From Felis catus (taxonomy: Eukaryota): 64,000 nucleotides of DNA. The notes beneath the pieces were generated by a model. That model searched no databases. It was not told the DNA's origin and was given only the letters and a program-made list of their open reading frames with translations. The position numbers were made by a program, and so were the translations under genes. This document shows positions 37,701 through 48,600 of the stretch, in pieces. The stretch spans positions 80,664,001 to 80,728,000 of the forward strand of contig NC_058368.1 in the NCBI RefSeq assembly GCF_018350175.1. The letters run 5' to 3'. Within the stretch, counting starts at the first letter, position 1. Every line of letters starts with the position of its first letter.

Positions 37701-40700
37701 CAAACTGAGAAGGCACGTTGAGGCCGGAAGGGGAAGCAGGCGACTCCACACTGTTTCCACAGAGCGCTCTTGGGGGGGGGGGGCCCTTACTGACGGGGTG
37801 CTGCATGGCTACTCCGAGGAATCTAGGCCTCTGTCCACAGGTCGTGTAGAGCAGAGGTCCTGGTGCCACCACCTGTGTGCCCGACAGGGGCGGGTGCGGG
37901 CGGGGAGAAGCTTGTCCACTTTGGTCAGGGCACGCATCACCCCCGGGGACCTGGTCCGGCATAGTAGCCTAGGGGGAGGTCATGCGTGGACACGGATGAG
38001 ATAGTACCGTCCATGCCCGTACCCTGTTAACCTCCTGGAAACACAGAGTTTGGGAAATAGGGATCTTGAATGTGCAGAGCCATCGTGAGCACATTTGCCT
38101 GGGTCTCAGCCCCTGAGAGGGTTTTAAACAAAGTGACAGAACGGTCTTTGTGAGTGGTTGTTTTTCCAGACTAAGTAATTCAGGGAAAACATGTTGCGAT
38201 ACATGTAAAAATACTTCAGTAATCTTTGAGATATTAAATCTATTTTGTAAAATTTGGCTATTGCTATAGAACAGACTTAGTTATAAAGCTGGCTGGGGAA
38301 TATTTATTGTTTAACTTTCTGAAAGACTGAATTTTCTGTCCTTTGAGAAAAATGCTACATTGAAACCAGGCACATTGTTGGCATCCCTGGATTTCTTTGT
38401 AGGCCAGTAAATAACCTTATTATGTCTTTATGCCTCCCGGCTCACTGTCAGGTCCATATATGGCATTTTTCACACTAGCCTCTTTCAGGAATCAAGCAGT
38501 TAGTACGTTCTGCCGATAACACATTCTCCAATGTAAGTTTTTATAATAAATTCTGGTGTGCTCTCAGCATATTTCCAAAAATAACCATCACATACATGTG
38601 AGTCTCGTACCAGTTCTCACGGGCTTGGTCCTCTGACGTAGTGTCGTTCTGTAACGGAAGTTACACTTGTCCTGGTACTCGTGCGGACAGGACAGTGCCC
38701 GCTGTCCAGCCCATGTCCTTACGACACAGATGCCTCTGGTTTTCCCTGCCGTTTGAACCTGGAGTGCCGCGTATGCCTCACGGAACAGTGCCCAGGAAGC
38801 TGGGAGATCCAAATGCCTGGGGAGAAGCACACAAGAGTCGGGCTTCCCAGAGTGCTGCCACGTGTGTCATTAGCTTGTCCACGTGCAGAAACGTGCTTCC
38901 AGCCAGGTGTGACGGCACCCAGCCGCTACCTGTTTTGATTGGACTGTGGCACAGGGCAGGTGGCAGTGGGGACACTTGGCAGGCGACTGAGTTTTCCGAT
39001 GACGTCTTTTCACGGCGAAATTCACTGAAACCATCGGTTTTCCACGTGTGTGGTACGCACACTCGGCTTTTTGTGAACCCTTTCCTGTTTTTGTGGGGAA
39101 ACGGCACGTGAACTAGCCTTCCCGATGCTCACGTGGGTCCTGCTGCAGCTGTGTCCGAAGCGCGGGATGGCACACGGCGGCCTTCAGAATCTGCCCCTCG
39201 GCTGGTGCCGCTCAGCTCCTGTGCGGCCTAGGAACGGCCTAGAAGAAGATAAGCCCGTATTGTCCCATGCAGCCCAGAACGGCCTAGAAGATATGCCCGC
39301 AGCCCCTCAGAGCCATGGCGCCGGGAGCAGGCAAGACCCCAGGAGGTGGATTGTCGTCAGCATGGCGCTGTCTGTGACAGGGCGACCCTTTCAGGGACCG
39401 TGTCTTGAAGGATGTCACCCTCTCTGAAGAGTAACTCCCTTTGCGGGTGGGGGACTGCGACGGGGTGGCGGGTGGCCCATCGGTGAGGGGTACGACATAG
39501 CCATGGGGGTGCAGGCTCGGGGTTTGCAGGGAGGCATAGCGGACAGTCGTGAAATTGTACAGACGCTTGCTGTGGCTTGTGCCCAAATTTTCCGCACTCT
39601 GGCTAGAATACTGAAGTGCTTGACCCCCACCGAAGGGCCGCCCTCTATTGGTATAAAAACAGTATGCGTGTTGAAGCTCGTGCTGTGTAACCCAAGATGG
39701 TACCTGCCTGCGTGGAGTTCAGTCTTCTCATGCTTGAGATGACCGAGGAGGAAGAGGTCTGCATCCTAGTTTAGTTCAGTTCCTGCTGTCACGGTTTCAC
39801 CCGTGTGCTTGGATTCGACGCCCTTCTCAGTCTGGGCGATGGGGACCAACGTACAGATGGTGGCAGGGAGAGTCTAGGCCACCGCCCCACGGCTGGGAAA
39901 CTCCCGCCCTCCTTCCTGTGGCGTGCCGCAGCGGAAACGATACGGGAACCCCCTGGACGGTGGGATCCTCTCGTGAGCACTCTTGCTGTCAAGCTCTCAT
40001 GGTAATAACTCCTGCTCCGAGGAGTGTAAGCTGACACTGAAATGCTGGTGGACTGTTCCTTAAACCCCGTCCTGCACACGTGGGTATTCTGAACGTTCCC
40101 ATGACGGAAGGGCACACAGCCAGCCGTCCCACGGTTTGACGAACTTTCAGGAAGGCGGGCTAAAGGCGAACCAGGAAGAAGCAAGTTGTGCCAACATCTC
40201 CGTAATTAGCACATAGCACATATCAAGTGTATTGTTTTCATATTTTTTTTTAAGTTTATTTTTTATTTCTGAGAGAGACAGCGACCATGTGAGCAGGGGA
40301 GGGGCAGAGAGAGGGGGAGAGAGAGAATTCCAAGTAGGCTTCATGCCATCAGCACAGAGCCTGACTTGGGGCTCAAACCCACAAACCATGAGATCATGAC
40401 CTGAGCCGAAACCAAGAGTCGGACGCTCAACCGACTGAGCCACCCAAGCGCCCCAAGTGTATTGTTTTTATTGAAGAGGTTTTGCAGGTGTTTGTGTTCT
40501 GTGTTCTTTCCTCAAATATTTGTACCAGTATTTTTCAAAAATATATATGTGTTACAGTACTTGTTATAGATAAGAAAATACTATCTCAAGGTTTGTTTTT
40601 TTTTTTTTTTTATTGCGTCCTTAAAGATCTGAGTCTCCTTTCCTACCTGTTCAAAAGCTGGGTTTCCCAATTTCTGAAGTACCCATTTTGTAGCATGCGT

Positions 40701-42984
40701 GTATCGAGACAGGGTCCAGGCACTGCTGGGCACTGGTTCAATGGTGCCAGCTTCCCTCCAGCATCGTCTGTGGTTTACCACCTTATGTTTGGAAAAATGT
40801 TTGTGTGCCAGGGAATGGAGAATAAGTTTTCATGCAAGAAGTAATAAATCTCACTTTTTATAAACCATGTGCCCTAATCTTTATTTTTAACTGTCACTGT
40901 AGAGTTAAATGTTTCACCAGTTATTTGCATTTATAAATACCCTGTGTGCATGTATCATCTGACCCATCTTTCTAAAATGCCCAGAATGAGATGGCTCACA
41001 ATCGAGTTGATTTGGATATTCCCCCCCCCACCCCCCAATTCATTTTGATATTTATTCCGAAATGTCCAGGGCACTATGGTCAGAACCTTTAACTTACTAC
41101 CTGTGGAAGATTTGGAGATTTAAAAGATCCATAATCCTGATTCAGGAACCAAAGCTTAATAAATCGCCAGAAGGCTACTGCTTCCTTTCCTCTGCGATGC
41201 TTTCAGCACGAGAAGGACTGGGTTTGCTAGACAGAAGTGGAGAAAATTGGCAAAAGTTGCCATTCCCTATTTTATGTAGAGGATTTTTAATGTACGGTCT
41301 CTGGAATTTCATGTTAATGTTGACATAGTGCTGTAGAGTCAGGTGTCAAGTTCTGCCGTGTGCTCACCTGTGGGCTTTGCTTCTGTTTTTTGTGTTTTTG
41401 ATGATCTAGGCTCACGCAAAGAATCTGCTCCACAAGTTTTGCTTCCAGAGGAAGAGAAAATCATAGTTGAAGAAACTAAGAGTAATGGTCAGACAGTGAT
41501 AGAAGAAAAGTAAGCCACGTTCCAGCACTTTAAAGTGGGCCACGCGGGCGTGGGGAGGGGGCGGATGGCGAGGAGCCCTGGAGCCGGAGACCTTTGAGGG
41601 CTGGCCCTCCTGGTGTCCTTGACAGAGTGGCATTAACTCTAAGCAGGCTGTTGTAAAGTGGACGGAGTTGGGTATTTGCCGAGGAGGGTCCTGTCATGCC
41701 TCCCGGTAAAGTGCTTCTGTGTCCTTGCTCCCACCCTCGTTTGGGTGTTCATCCTGTTCTCTGCTTCAGGAGTCTTGTGGATACTGTCTACGCGTTAAAG
41801 GACGAAGTCCAAGAGTTAAGACAGGTGAGTCATAGCCAGCCTGTTGACCTTGTTTTTAAAGGAGGAGAAGGGGAAACCACCACCTGCAAATTAAGGCCGT
41901 TTGTCTGAACGTGAAGTAATAAAGAAGGGAGAGGCCTTTCTCTTAGAATTCCAGCAGATCAGTTTGGTCTTCTGTGCCTGGCACAGACCAGGAAAACCGA
42001 ATTTTTTTCAAGTATTTTTTTTTTTTAATGTTTGTTTTGGGAAAGAGCAGGGGAGAGGCAGAGAGAGGAGGGGAGAGAGCCACACTGTCAGTGTAGAGCC
42101 AGACATGGGGCTCAAACTCACAAACCATGGGGTTACCACCTGAGCTGAAGTTGGACGCTTAACGGACTGAGCCGTCCAGGTGCCCAAGGAGATGAATTCT
42201 TAAAGTGACCTGTTTAAAGGTTTTACTGTACAATTTCCATCATAAGTCATCTCAAGTTCTATTGGAATAATTGTTTAAAATACCTAAAATTCCTACTGTG
42301 ATTATTCTTTGCCACTTGCTGGTGTGACACATGGTCCTTGTTCTTAAGAAGTCAGGTGAACTTGGCTAAGTGACCCAAGTATATTTTGTGTATTTGTGGA
42401 GAAGGTTCACTGCACGATGGCTCTGGTCTCCAAGGAGCGCATTGAGCCCTGCGCGTGGGGTGGGGGCTGGGGTGCGCAGGTGCTTCTTCCCCGAGTTGGA
42501 AGGGAGGCCCGGCAGCGGTCCACCTGCGCGTGTGCCTAGGAGTGATGGGGTCAGGGCGAAGGAACGCAGGGGCCGCCGCTGCTGCCGTTTTTCTAGTAAA
42601 AGGTTGTGAGATCATTACAGATGTGGGAAGACGCACGTTCCTCTTGTTACTTTCAGCCGTTGTCTCGTGGTCTGTCAGGTGGAGGTTGTCTGGATGGATA
42701 GTTAGGACCGTTCTTCCTTCTGTGATGGGTCTTGGAGACCCATCACAGGGGTGTCTGTGCAGGCGTTCGGGCGGTGCTGTTGAGCCTGGTGGATTCCAGC
42801 CCGGGATTGCCCTCTTGTGTGCCCGAGACCGCCAGTCTCCTGTGGTCTGCTTCATTTACAGGATAACAAAAAGATGAAGAAATCTCTGGAGGAAGAGCAG
42901 AGAGCCCGCAAGGACCTGGAAAAGCTGGTGAGGAAAGTTCTGAAGAACATGAACGACCCTGCCTGGGATGAGACCAACCTCTGA
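4809..42984 (+). CDS. ARHGEF7: ARHGEF7 (beta-PIX / Cool-1) Rac/Cdc42 guanine nucleotide exchange factor, 3' part of a spliced CDS; the SH3/CH exons lie upstream of the window
   Basis: 15 GT-AG exons (95,96,123,139,60,147,87,79,140,225,94,90,100,55,123 nt; total 1653 nt = 550 aa + stop) join in frame from [17 protein letters not shown] to [11 protein letters not shown], recognised as beta-PIX; optional 177-nt exon at 33237-33413. Confidence 0.98.
5120..5215 (+). CDS. ARHGEF7: ARHGEF7 exon, DH domain ([32 protein letters not shown])
   Basis: tggctctag| acceptor, |gtaagt donor, phase 2 to 2. Confidence 0.96.
7703..7825 (+). CDS. ARHGEF7: ARHGEF7 exon, DH domain ([41 protein letters not shown])
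   Basis: atctctag| acceptor, |gtgcgc donor; contained in ORF 7584..7982. Confidence 0.96.
8331..8567. mobile_element. Tc1/mariner (Tigger-like) non-autonomous DNA transposon (MITE)
   Basis: Imperfect terminal inverted repeats agtagaacctcgg ... tcaaggtttcagtg followed by TA; ~240 bp; flanked by TG/TA microsatellites. Confidence 0.6.
8725..8885. mobile_element. MER3/MER33-like hAT-Charlie fragment
   Basis: attaaaaattcagt...ctagccacatttca...tagaatacattt matches the recalled MER3/MER33 consensus. Confidence 0.55.
9470..10143 (-). mobile_element. Cluster of three tandem CanSINEs (~9470-9673, ~9742-9942, ~9952-10143) with a (TG)n/(TACA)n spacer
   Basis: Three gatcatgacc/gatgatgacc cores, each with a T-rich tail and a SINE head. 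Confidence 0.92.
12268..13250 (+). mobile_element. CanSINE whose CT tract has expanded into a long minisatellite
   Basis: ggggcacctgggtggcgcag head, CT tract, A tail at 13243-13249, TSD taaaggagt at 12256-12264 and 13251-13259. Confidence 0.85.
12548..13216. repeat. C-rich minisatellite, ~22-bp unit GTCCCTCACCCTCTT(C)6-9, about 30 copies
   Basis: Directly visible tandem array; explains the Pro-rich ORFs 12292..13275 and 12371..13291. Confidence 0.95.
14233..14976. repeat. Compound (TG)n/(TATG)n/(TGGA)n low-complexity repeat, ~740 bp
   Basis: Directly visible; explains the His/Thr and Cys/Val ORFs. Confidence 0.97.
16677..16815 (+). CDS. ARHGEF7: ARHGEF7 exon, DH domain ([46 protein letters not shown])
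   Basis: ctctccgctcag| acceptor, |gtactg donor; DH-type [12 protein letters not shown] motif. Confidence 0.96.
17385..17592 (-). mobile_element. CanSINE
   Basis: Poly-T tail, SINE core, TSD ggg(t/c)ttttgtct on both sides. Confidence 0.9.
17791..17850 (+). CDS. ARHGEF7: ARHGEF7 exon, end of DH domain ([20 protein letters not shown])
   Basis: ttattcaaag| acceptor, |gtaagt donor, phase 0 to 0. Confidence 0.95.
18484..18630 (+). CDS. ARHGEF7: ARHGEF7 exon, DH-PH junction ([49 protein letters not shown])
   Basis: gtgtcccag| acceptor, |gtatgc donor; ORF 18475..18759. Confidence 0.96.
19474..19560 (+). CDS. ARHGEF7: ARHGEF7 exon, PH domain ([29 protein letters not shown])
   Basis: ttttacgttag| acceptor, |gtaaag donor. 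Confidence 0.95.
21244..21322 (+). CDS. ARHGEF7: ARHGEF7 exon, PH domain ([27 protein letters not shown])
   Basis: tcttttttag| acceptor, |gtgata donor, phase 0 to 1. Confidence 0.95.
21514..21653 (+). CDS. ARHGEF7: ARHGEF7 exon, end of PH domain ([46 protein letters not shown])
   Basis: cccttccag| acceptor, |gtaagg donor; PH C-terminal helix Trp (EWVDHL). Confidence 0.96.
22053..22416 (+). mobile_element. Two tandem sense-strand CanSINEs (22053-~22250; 22263-~22416)
   Basis: Two ggggcacctgggtggctcag heads with CT tracts and A-rich tails; duplicated flank caaagggctggg. Confidence 0.9.
22832..23040 (-). mobile_element. CanSINE
   Basis: SINE core and head (caggcgcccc), TSD tgtagcata. Confidence 0.9.
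24032..24222. mobile_element. MER58A-like hAT-Charlie MITE
   Basis: tagggattggcaaaatttttctgtaaag ... tttgcctaccc termini and interior match the recalled MER58A consensus. Confidence 0.7.
24633..24857 (+). CDS. ARHGEF7: ARHGEF7 exon, proline-rich region, 75 aa ([12 protein letters not shown]...[22 protein letters not shown])
   Basis: cttcccccccag| acceptor, |gtgagg donor, symmetric phase 0-0. Confidence 0.95.
26914..27007 (+). CDS. ARHGEF7: ARHGEF7 exon ([32 protein letters not shown]), basic region with RKPS/RKS kinase motifs
   Basis: ttctttccctag| acceptor, |gtgagt donor. Confidence 0.96.
27438..27520 (-). mobile_element. Truncated CanSINE head
   Basis: ggggctcaaactcgcaaactgagatcgtgccctgagctga...ccaggtgcc. 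Confidence 0.75.
27555..27690. mobile_element. MER20-like hAT-Charlie fragment
   Basis: tggagaccttttaggttgtcacaactggg...ggccagggatgcc matches the recalled MER20 core. Confidence 0.6.
28350..29325 (-). mobile_element. 5'-truncated L1 with 5' inversion (3' end antisense ~28350-28975; ORF2 fragment in sense orientation ~28976-29325)
   Basis: ORF 28526..28726(-) [10 protein letters not shown] is the L1 ORF2 tail motif; aaagctggaggtatc...aaaacagtatggtactggcac is L1 ORF2 on the opposite strand. Confidence 0.85.
30259..30348 (+). CDS. ARHGEF7: ARHGEF7 exon, GIT1/2-binding segment ([29 protein letters not shown])
   Basis: gtcttgacag| acceptor, |gtaagt donor; [16 protein letters not shown] motif of PIX proteins. 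Confidence 0.96.
31727..31806. repeat. Compound microsatellite (TG)28(TTCG)6
   Basis: Directly visible. Confidence 0.97.
33237..33451 (+). CDS. ARHGEF7: ARHGEF7 alternative exon: 59-aa insert (33237-33413, [10 protein letters not shown]...[18 protein letters not shown]) or, if the donor at 33414 is not used, terminal exon ending [12 protein letters not shown]
   Basis: Long pyrimidine tract + tcgtag| acceptor; 177 nt to |gtaaga donor, phase 1-1; in-frame TAA at 33449-33451; matches recalled beta-PIX insert and short-tail isoforms. Confidence 0.92.
36133..36138 (+). terminator. Probable poly(A) signal of the ARHGEF7 isoform that terminates in the 33237 exon (3' UTR about 2.7 kb)
   Basis: AATAAA preceded by several TGTA motifs and U/AU-rich UTR-like sequence (35840-36130), followed by a GU/U-rich stretch. 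Confidence 0.65.
40242..40454 (-). mobile_element. CanSINE
   Basis: Full SINE with perfect TSD aagtgtattgtttt (40225-40238, 40455-40468). Confidence 0.93.
41410..41509 (+). CDS. ARHGEF7: ARHGEF7 exon ([33 protein letters not shown])
   Basis: atgatctag| acceptor, |gtaagc donor, phase 1 to 2. Confidence 0.95.
41770..41824 (+). CDS. ARHGEF7: ARHGEF7 exon, start of the trimerising coiled coil ([18 protein letters not shown])
   Basis: ctgcttcag| acceptor, |gtgagt donor. Confidence 0.96.
42014..42185 (-). mobile_element. CanSINE in the last ARHGEF7 intron
   Basis: Poly-T tail, ggggctcaaactcacaaacc core, ccaggtgccc head. Confidence 0.88.
42862..42984 (+). CDS. ARHGEF7: ARHGEF7 last coding exon, coiled coil and class I PDZ ligand ([40 protein letters not shown])
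   Basis: ttcatttacag| acceptor, TGA at 42982-42984. Confidence 0.97.
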   Translation, partial: DNKKMKKSLEEEQRARKDLEKLVRKVLKNMNDPAWDETNL

Positions 42985-45380
42985 GGAGCATCCTTGCCTC
43001 TTCCCAGCGAGGAGACCAGGCCCGGGTGAACACGCGGGACCGTGGGGGCAGGGCTGGACAAAAGTCATCTTGCTTTCTGTGCACGGGAAAGCTGGAGTTG
43101 CTCACACAAATAGAAACGGTTGCACTGTTCCCGAAGAATCCACACGTGAGGTGTAGACCCTGAGGGCGGAACTGCAGTAATTTTACTCTGTTAACATCTC
43201 AATTACCTCATTTTGCAATAAGTGCAGTGACTACAAATCCTGGTGTTTCAGGCTTTTATTGAGTATATATAATTACACGTGTTTCTTGTAAATACTCCAT
43301 TTTGAATGCACATCCACGGTGGTTCCATCTGGGCTGATCACCTGCGCTAGAATTCCCTTCCCACTAACCTTTCTGGTCCTGTGAACAAGATGTGTTCATG
43401 GAAAGCAGGGGCGTTAAAGGTGCCTGGTACTTTGCTGGATGCCTGGTTTGCTCTCTATAGTCCCCACGTGCTCTAAAAAGACCTTCTGCTTTGGTAGGCC
43501 TAAGTAATTAACCTTATTTGTGTCTGCAAAGATACCTTAATACCCTCGAAAGTCTTCTGTTAAAGCCATTTTGTGTCACTGACATGTGGTGGGCCTGAGT
43601 GAGGTGCCCGGGCTGAGTGAGAGACGCCAGCTTCAACCACAGATCCCAGGAGGTCCCCACACACTTCCATGTCCAGCTGCTGGTGTCCGCGCCTTTCTGC
43701 CTCTGGAGAACGGTGGTCCGTCGGCGTGCATTCACTGCGCTGGGGAGAACAGACTTTCTTATATAGGCTGGTTTAATAACATGAAAAAGTGCACTGTTGT
43801 GTCCTGCCCACGAGAGAAAGCTTCACAAGAACCTGTAAATAAACTGTTATTTATTACGCATCTCTGAGGCCGATGAAGGCACACCAGGGATGCTGTGGGC
43901 TGACATGGCAGGTGGCGGTTGGGAGTTGTCAGGCCACTTTGAGCTCTGTTCACCAGCAGCATGCAACGAGCCTTCAGTGCTCACTGGGAAAAAGAAATGT
44001 TTCCCCCTTTCAGTGAGAATAAAGCAATATAAATCCCGCCAAAGCGATGAAAGTTTAAATGTGGGTCCATTTCCCCCTGTACCTCCACAGCAGAGGAGAC
44101 GGGCAGCCTGCCCAGCCCCAGCTCTGCTGGCCTCTCTGGGCAGGGACGAGGGAGCCTCAGAGCCCCTGGGCAGGAACCGCGGCCGTGGAGGCAGGATGCC
44201 CACATTATGGCAATGGCTCTCTGCTCCCCTCTTCTCAAGAGGTCAGCTTTAATCGACAGAAACTTTTTCACAGAACCAGTGTTAGGTCTTTCAAAACAGC
44301 AGTATCTCTGTGCATTACAGACTTCTCAGAAATACCTGTGTGGCCTCAGGAGTGACTTGGGCCTCGCGATCTGTGGGTCAAGCCACCCTGTAAGGGCTTT
44401 GGGATCTTCTGATGCCTTTGAACTGGGTGGCTTTGGAACCTGGCTTTCTGCTCCTCCAGGCTCCTGCTGAGCACTGTGCCCCCCCCCCCCCAATCTGCTG
44501 CTGGAGGGCAGTGGCTTGAGCTTGGCCCTCCTGGCTGTGTGCCCAGCAGGTGTGTCTGTGGCTCAGCATTGACCTGCCCATGTGTGGCCTTTCCAGTAGA
44601 ATTGCCAACTTCTTGCACTTAGCATTTTGTTCACCAGAGCTAGGACTAGCAGGGAGAGCCTGTTTTTTGGTAAGCCCTATTTCACAGGAGTCTTTGGTGA
44701 CGCAGAAGACCTTTCTTGCAGTGGGAGACACGTTGGAGTGTGCCCAAGTGTGCAGCCTTGAACTCAGGGACGGCCTCTGTCCCCTGCTCTCTCCACCTGT
44801 TTCTGATGGGCGATGTTGCTGGCAGCATCCCAGGAGGGGTCTCTCTCCTGCCTTAGCCTCACCGAAGCCTTGAGTGACACCTGTTTCTTCCCCATCCCTG
44901 CCCTAAGGGGAGAGGCCCATTCTCTCCTCTTCTCGCAGATCTAGGATTTCACTAAGCTTTTTAGGGAGCAGAGAAAATGCATCCGAGAGCAGTTCTTTCT
45001 ACAGACCTTCCTTATTGTAAATAGGTTGTTTACGTTTCTCTGACCTTCCAAGGGGCTGGGGGTTGAAAGGCGCCCTATTTACCCCAAGGGCGAGGACACG
45101 ACACACTTCAGTTCTGCACGATGTTGAGATGTGGGTCAGACACCGTCCTTTGTGCTCGTGGTGTCTGCCTCCATGTGCACCAGGCGCTGGGATGTTGGGC
45201 GCCTCCAGCTGTGTGTGCACTTCCCGCTGCCCTCCCGCCCCATTTCTCTAGGACACACAGCATCCCTGGTGACTATTGTGGGGCCATGTCCTGTAAATGC
45301 CACAGAGTGTCCTGGCATTGACTATTCCTTCTACATCGTTGTAATTATTAAACTGACTTTCCTTAAGTTACAATATCACT
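42985..45380 (+). other. ARHGEF7: ARHGEF7 distal 3' UTR with candidate poly(A) signals AATAAA 43838-43843, AATAAA 44018-44023 and ATTAAA 45347-45352
   Basis: No recognisable repeats after the stop codon; the ATTAAA is followed by a strong GU-rich element (tgtgttctgtgttttgttttttggtg, ~45394-45420); the 3' end is inferred. Confidence 0.6.
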
Positions 45381-45451
45381 TTATCTTCCATGATGTGTTC
45401 TGTGTTTTGTTTTTTGGTGCATGTTACCTTTATGCTTTCTTCTGACTTAAA

Positions 45452-45498
45452 TTTTTTTTAAGTTTATTTCGAGAGAGAGCCCTCGTGAGCAGGGGAGG

Positions 45499-45545
<47 letters not shown>

Positions 45546-45672
45546 TCCCAAGCAGGCTCCACACTTCCAGCACGGAGCTGGACACGGGGCTTGAACTCAC
45601 AAACTGTGAGATCATGTCCTGAGCCAAAATCAGGAGTCAGGTGCTTAATCGACTGGAGCCACCCAAGCACAC
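45452..45672 (-). mobile_element. CanSINE with expanded (GA)n
   Basis: SINE core, TSD ttctgacttaa on both sides. Confidence 0.9.
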
Positions 45673-48600
45673 CTTTTCTGACTTAAGATAAAATAAATTC
45701 TGGTGTACATTTTTGATGTTGGAAAAATCATGTTTGCCTTAAAACCGGTGGCTTGGGAATATTTGAAGAAAAGTCCTGTTAGGAAAAGGAAGGTCGTAGG
45801 GAAGGAAGGGGAAGGAAAAGCACCATGAGGCACGGCCCTTCTGTCTGTAGAAGGACTTTTCATCCTGGAAGGGGCTCGGTGATCCCCCCTCGTGGGTGGA
45901 ATGGGGGAAAGTGTGTCTCGGGGTTCCTGGGGGTCCTTACACTGGTGGCCTGTGGACAAAGGCAACAGAAGCAAGTTGCTCGTGTGCTTGTAAGCCTTGC
46001 CCTGCCCAGACCCTTCGCCCTGGTGGCTACTCCGTCCAGGTGAGTGGCTGGAGCCTGTGTTCCGGGAAGACAGCCACGCCGGGAGCAGGTCGAATGCCCC
46101 CTGATGCTGCTGCCTCCCTCTCCGAGCTCCCACCCTTGATCCAAGGAGGTGAGCCGTGCACATCTCCATCACCACAGTCTGTGAAAACTTTGTCAGGTGA
46201 CTTGGTAAACCCTACTTTGTCCTCTTTCTCCCAGATTCTAGGGAGACCAGTGATGGCACGTGTCCTGCAGAAACACCAGTTTTTCTTGGTGCTGGTGTAA
46301 CTTGCATCGCCTGTTAGCTCCCAATTTCTTTGGCGCTCTGATACTCCCCCGGCCCCTCAGAGGGCAGGCCACCACTGCAACCCTGAACCTGGCACACTGC
46401 AGCCAAGAGCGGTGGCCGGGAACCTGGCCATCTGCACTGGACGTGGGGCGTGAGGACTAGGTGAAGTAGCCACCGCCCAGGGGGGTCCGTGCGCCGGGCG
46501 AGGCACACGGCCACGGCCACCCGGGGTGCCCGGCCACCAACGTGGTGTCCAGAGTTTGGAGGATTTCTAGTTTTTCAGGCTGAGATGGGACCTTGAGAAA
46601 GTCCCTTGTGTTGGTTTGCATTGTAAATCAGCTGCGCTGGTATCTCAATTCAAGTTTTTCTTACCGGGGCACTTGTATATACTTGCTGGTCTTTATGAAG
46701 TCCCTGCATGGGGAGAGACGCAGGGGGCACGAGGTAAGAAGTGCGCAGCCCCTCTCCCGATACTCTCGCCTGCTTCCACGAAGGTAACCAGTGTGATGGG
46801 TTCTTTTGGGCAGAGGCAAACCTGTGGTGTTTGTGCGATTTTGTTCCCCGCAATGAGAGCACGTTGTGTTCGCTAACTGGCCTTTTTCTTAAATCCATGT
46901 GGGAAAATAGTGGCTCCCGGTACCACATCATAAAAACTTGCAGGTGTAGTAAAGACCTAGGTAGGAAAAAGAAAACTCGAAACTTTCAGAGTACGGCACT
47001 TTTATGCCTTTTGCTGGGACTGCCTTTTGTGGGTAACGAATCCCCAGTATCCATTTTGGGGAGTGTGGGCTGCCTGTGTGGGGCAGCCGCATAAATATCC
47101 CACTGGTGGAAAGCATCAGTTTATTTCAGTGCTGGGGGGCGGGGGGCAGTTCGTATTGCAGAGGCTCCGGTGAGTATCCTGTGTGCAACCAGGTAGGTAT
47201 TGCTGTACGATTTATTTCTAGAAATGTGTGTTTTAATTTTGATGGAATTTGCCAGAGTCCCAGAAAACATTTTAAGAAGTAACGTTCTTGACGATACTGC
47301 ACTTCTAGTTTTTCGAAAAAAGGAGTCTCGGTCTGAATGCTGTCTGCAGCCTTTCCCTCGTTACTGGTGTGCACACACCCATGCCGTGGACTCCCCGTGG
47401 ACTCCTCAGAAAGGCAGTTGTGGCAGTGCACACCCGCTGGCCACTGGCTCATAAAGCAAGTGGAGCTGGCCTCAGTGTCCCCCCGGGACCTCCTCTCTGG
47501 CTCTGCTTTTCCCCCTGCAATTCCGCAAAGCAAAGGTGCCCGGCCCCGACTGGGTCGGGCAGGCTGCCTCTCTCTCCAGCTCCTGGGTGCTGGTGCGAGG
47601 CGTCCGGCCCGGCTCCGGGCAGAGGGGACAATTGCTGAGGCAGTGCTCCGGGCACTGGTTGGTGCTCTGAGGGCCCCAAGTCTTGGAGTGCATTGCCTGG
47701 GGAGGGGGGAGTCGGGTAGCCAGCAGGCTGGTGGCCTCGTGCGTGGTTCTGTGGGTGTCTGGCGTCTGCTTCGTGTCCAGTAGCAGGGGAGAACTGGTCT
47801 CAGCTCGGTGCTGTCAGTCACGAGACACACATTGATTGCTGTGCCTGAGGCTTTCTCGTATGGAGCCAGTCAAGCTTACGGAAGAGGGAGAGTCAACAGT
47901 CAGGGCCCCCTGAGACTACTTGCCATTCCCTGTACCGTGGTCCCCTGGCCTTGCCATCATCGTGTCTGGAGAGCAGTCGGGAGGAGAGGCCAGGGGACCC
48001 TCCCTTCTGGCCCTTCAGTCCCCAGGGAAGCCCTGCTTCCCTCGTAAACACAGCAAATTGCATCGTTTGTGTTTTACACATGCTTTTACAGAGCTGCTTT
48101 AGTTGTGCAGTCTCCTTTTTGGCCACCAGCCTGTTTCTCTTTCCCCTGGGTGGATAGACCTCTCAGGAGACCCTGATGGGCTCTGTCCCCACTCCCTGTA
48201 CTTGCCCACAAGTGATGCACAATGTGGCAGGGCTGCTGCTCCCTCAGTGGTCCTGGCTCCCCCTGCCCTTGAGGAGGATTCCCAGAGTGCCCGTGCCCAC
48301 CCAGCTGAGCTGACTTGGATCCTGTCCTGACCACTCCCCCCTTCCCACAGTGCTGCACACCTCCCCCGCCCAGTCTTTACGCCCCCCCCCCCCCCAGGTT
48401 GGTGGCATCTGTCTGAGGCACTGGCCCCTTCAGAGGTGGGGCTGGAGTGATGCTGCTGTCGTAGGTTAACCAAATCCCGTTAGAGCGTTTGTAAAAGGCT
48501 AGTAGTTGAAGTTCTTGTGGAAGTCGTAATGGGCCCCCATGGTACTTTTCCTATGTCAGAAAACCCAGGACAGCACCCACATTGTCCCACGGGAAGACCT

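Noticed and set aside
39232..39300. 15-bp direct repeat gaacggcctagaaga (39232-39246, 39277-39291)
   Set aside because: Only two copies; most simply a small local duplication with no evidence of function
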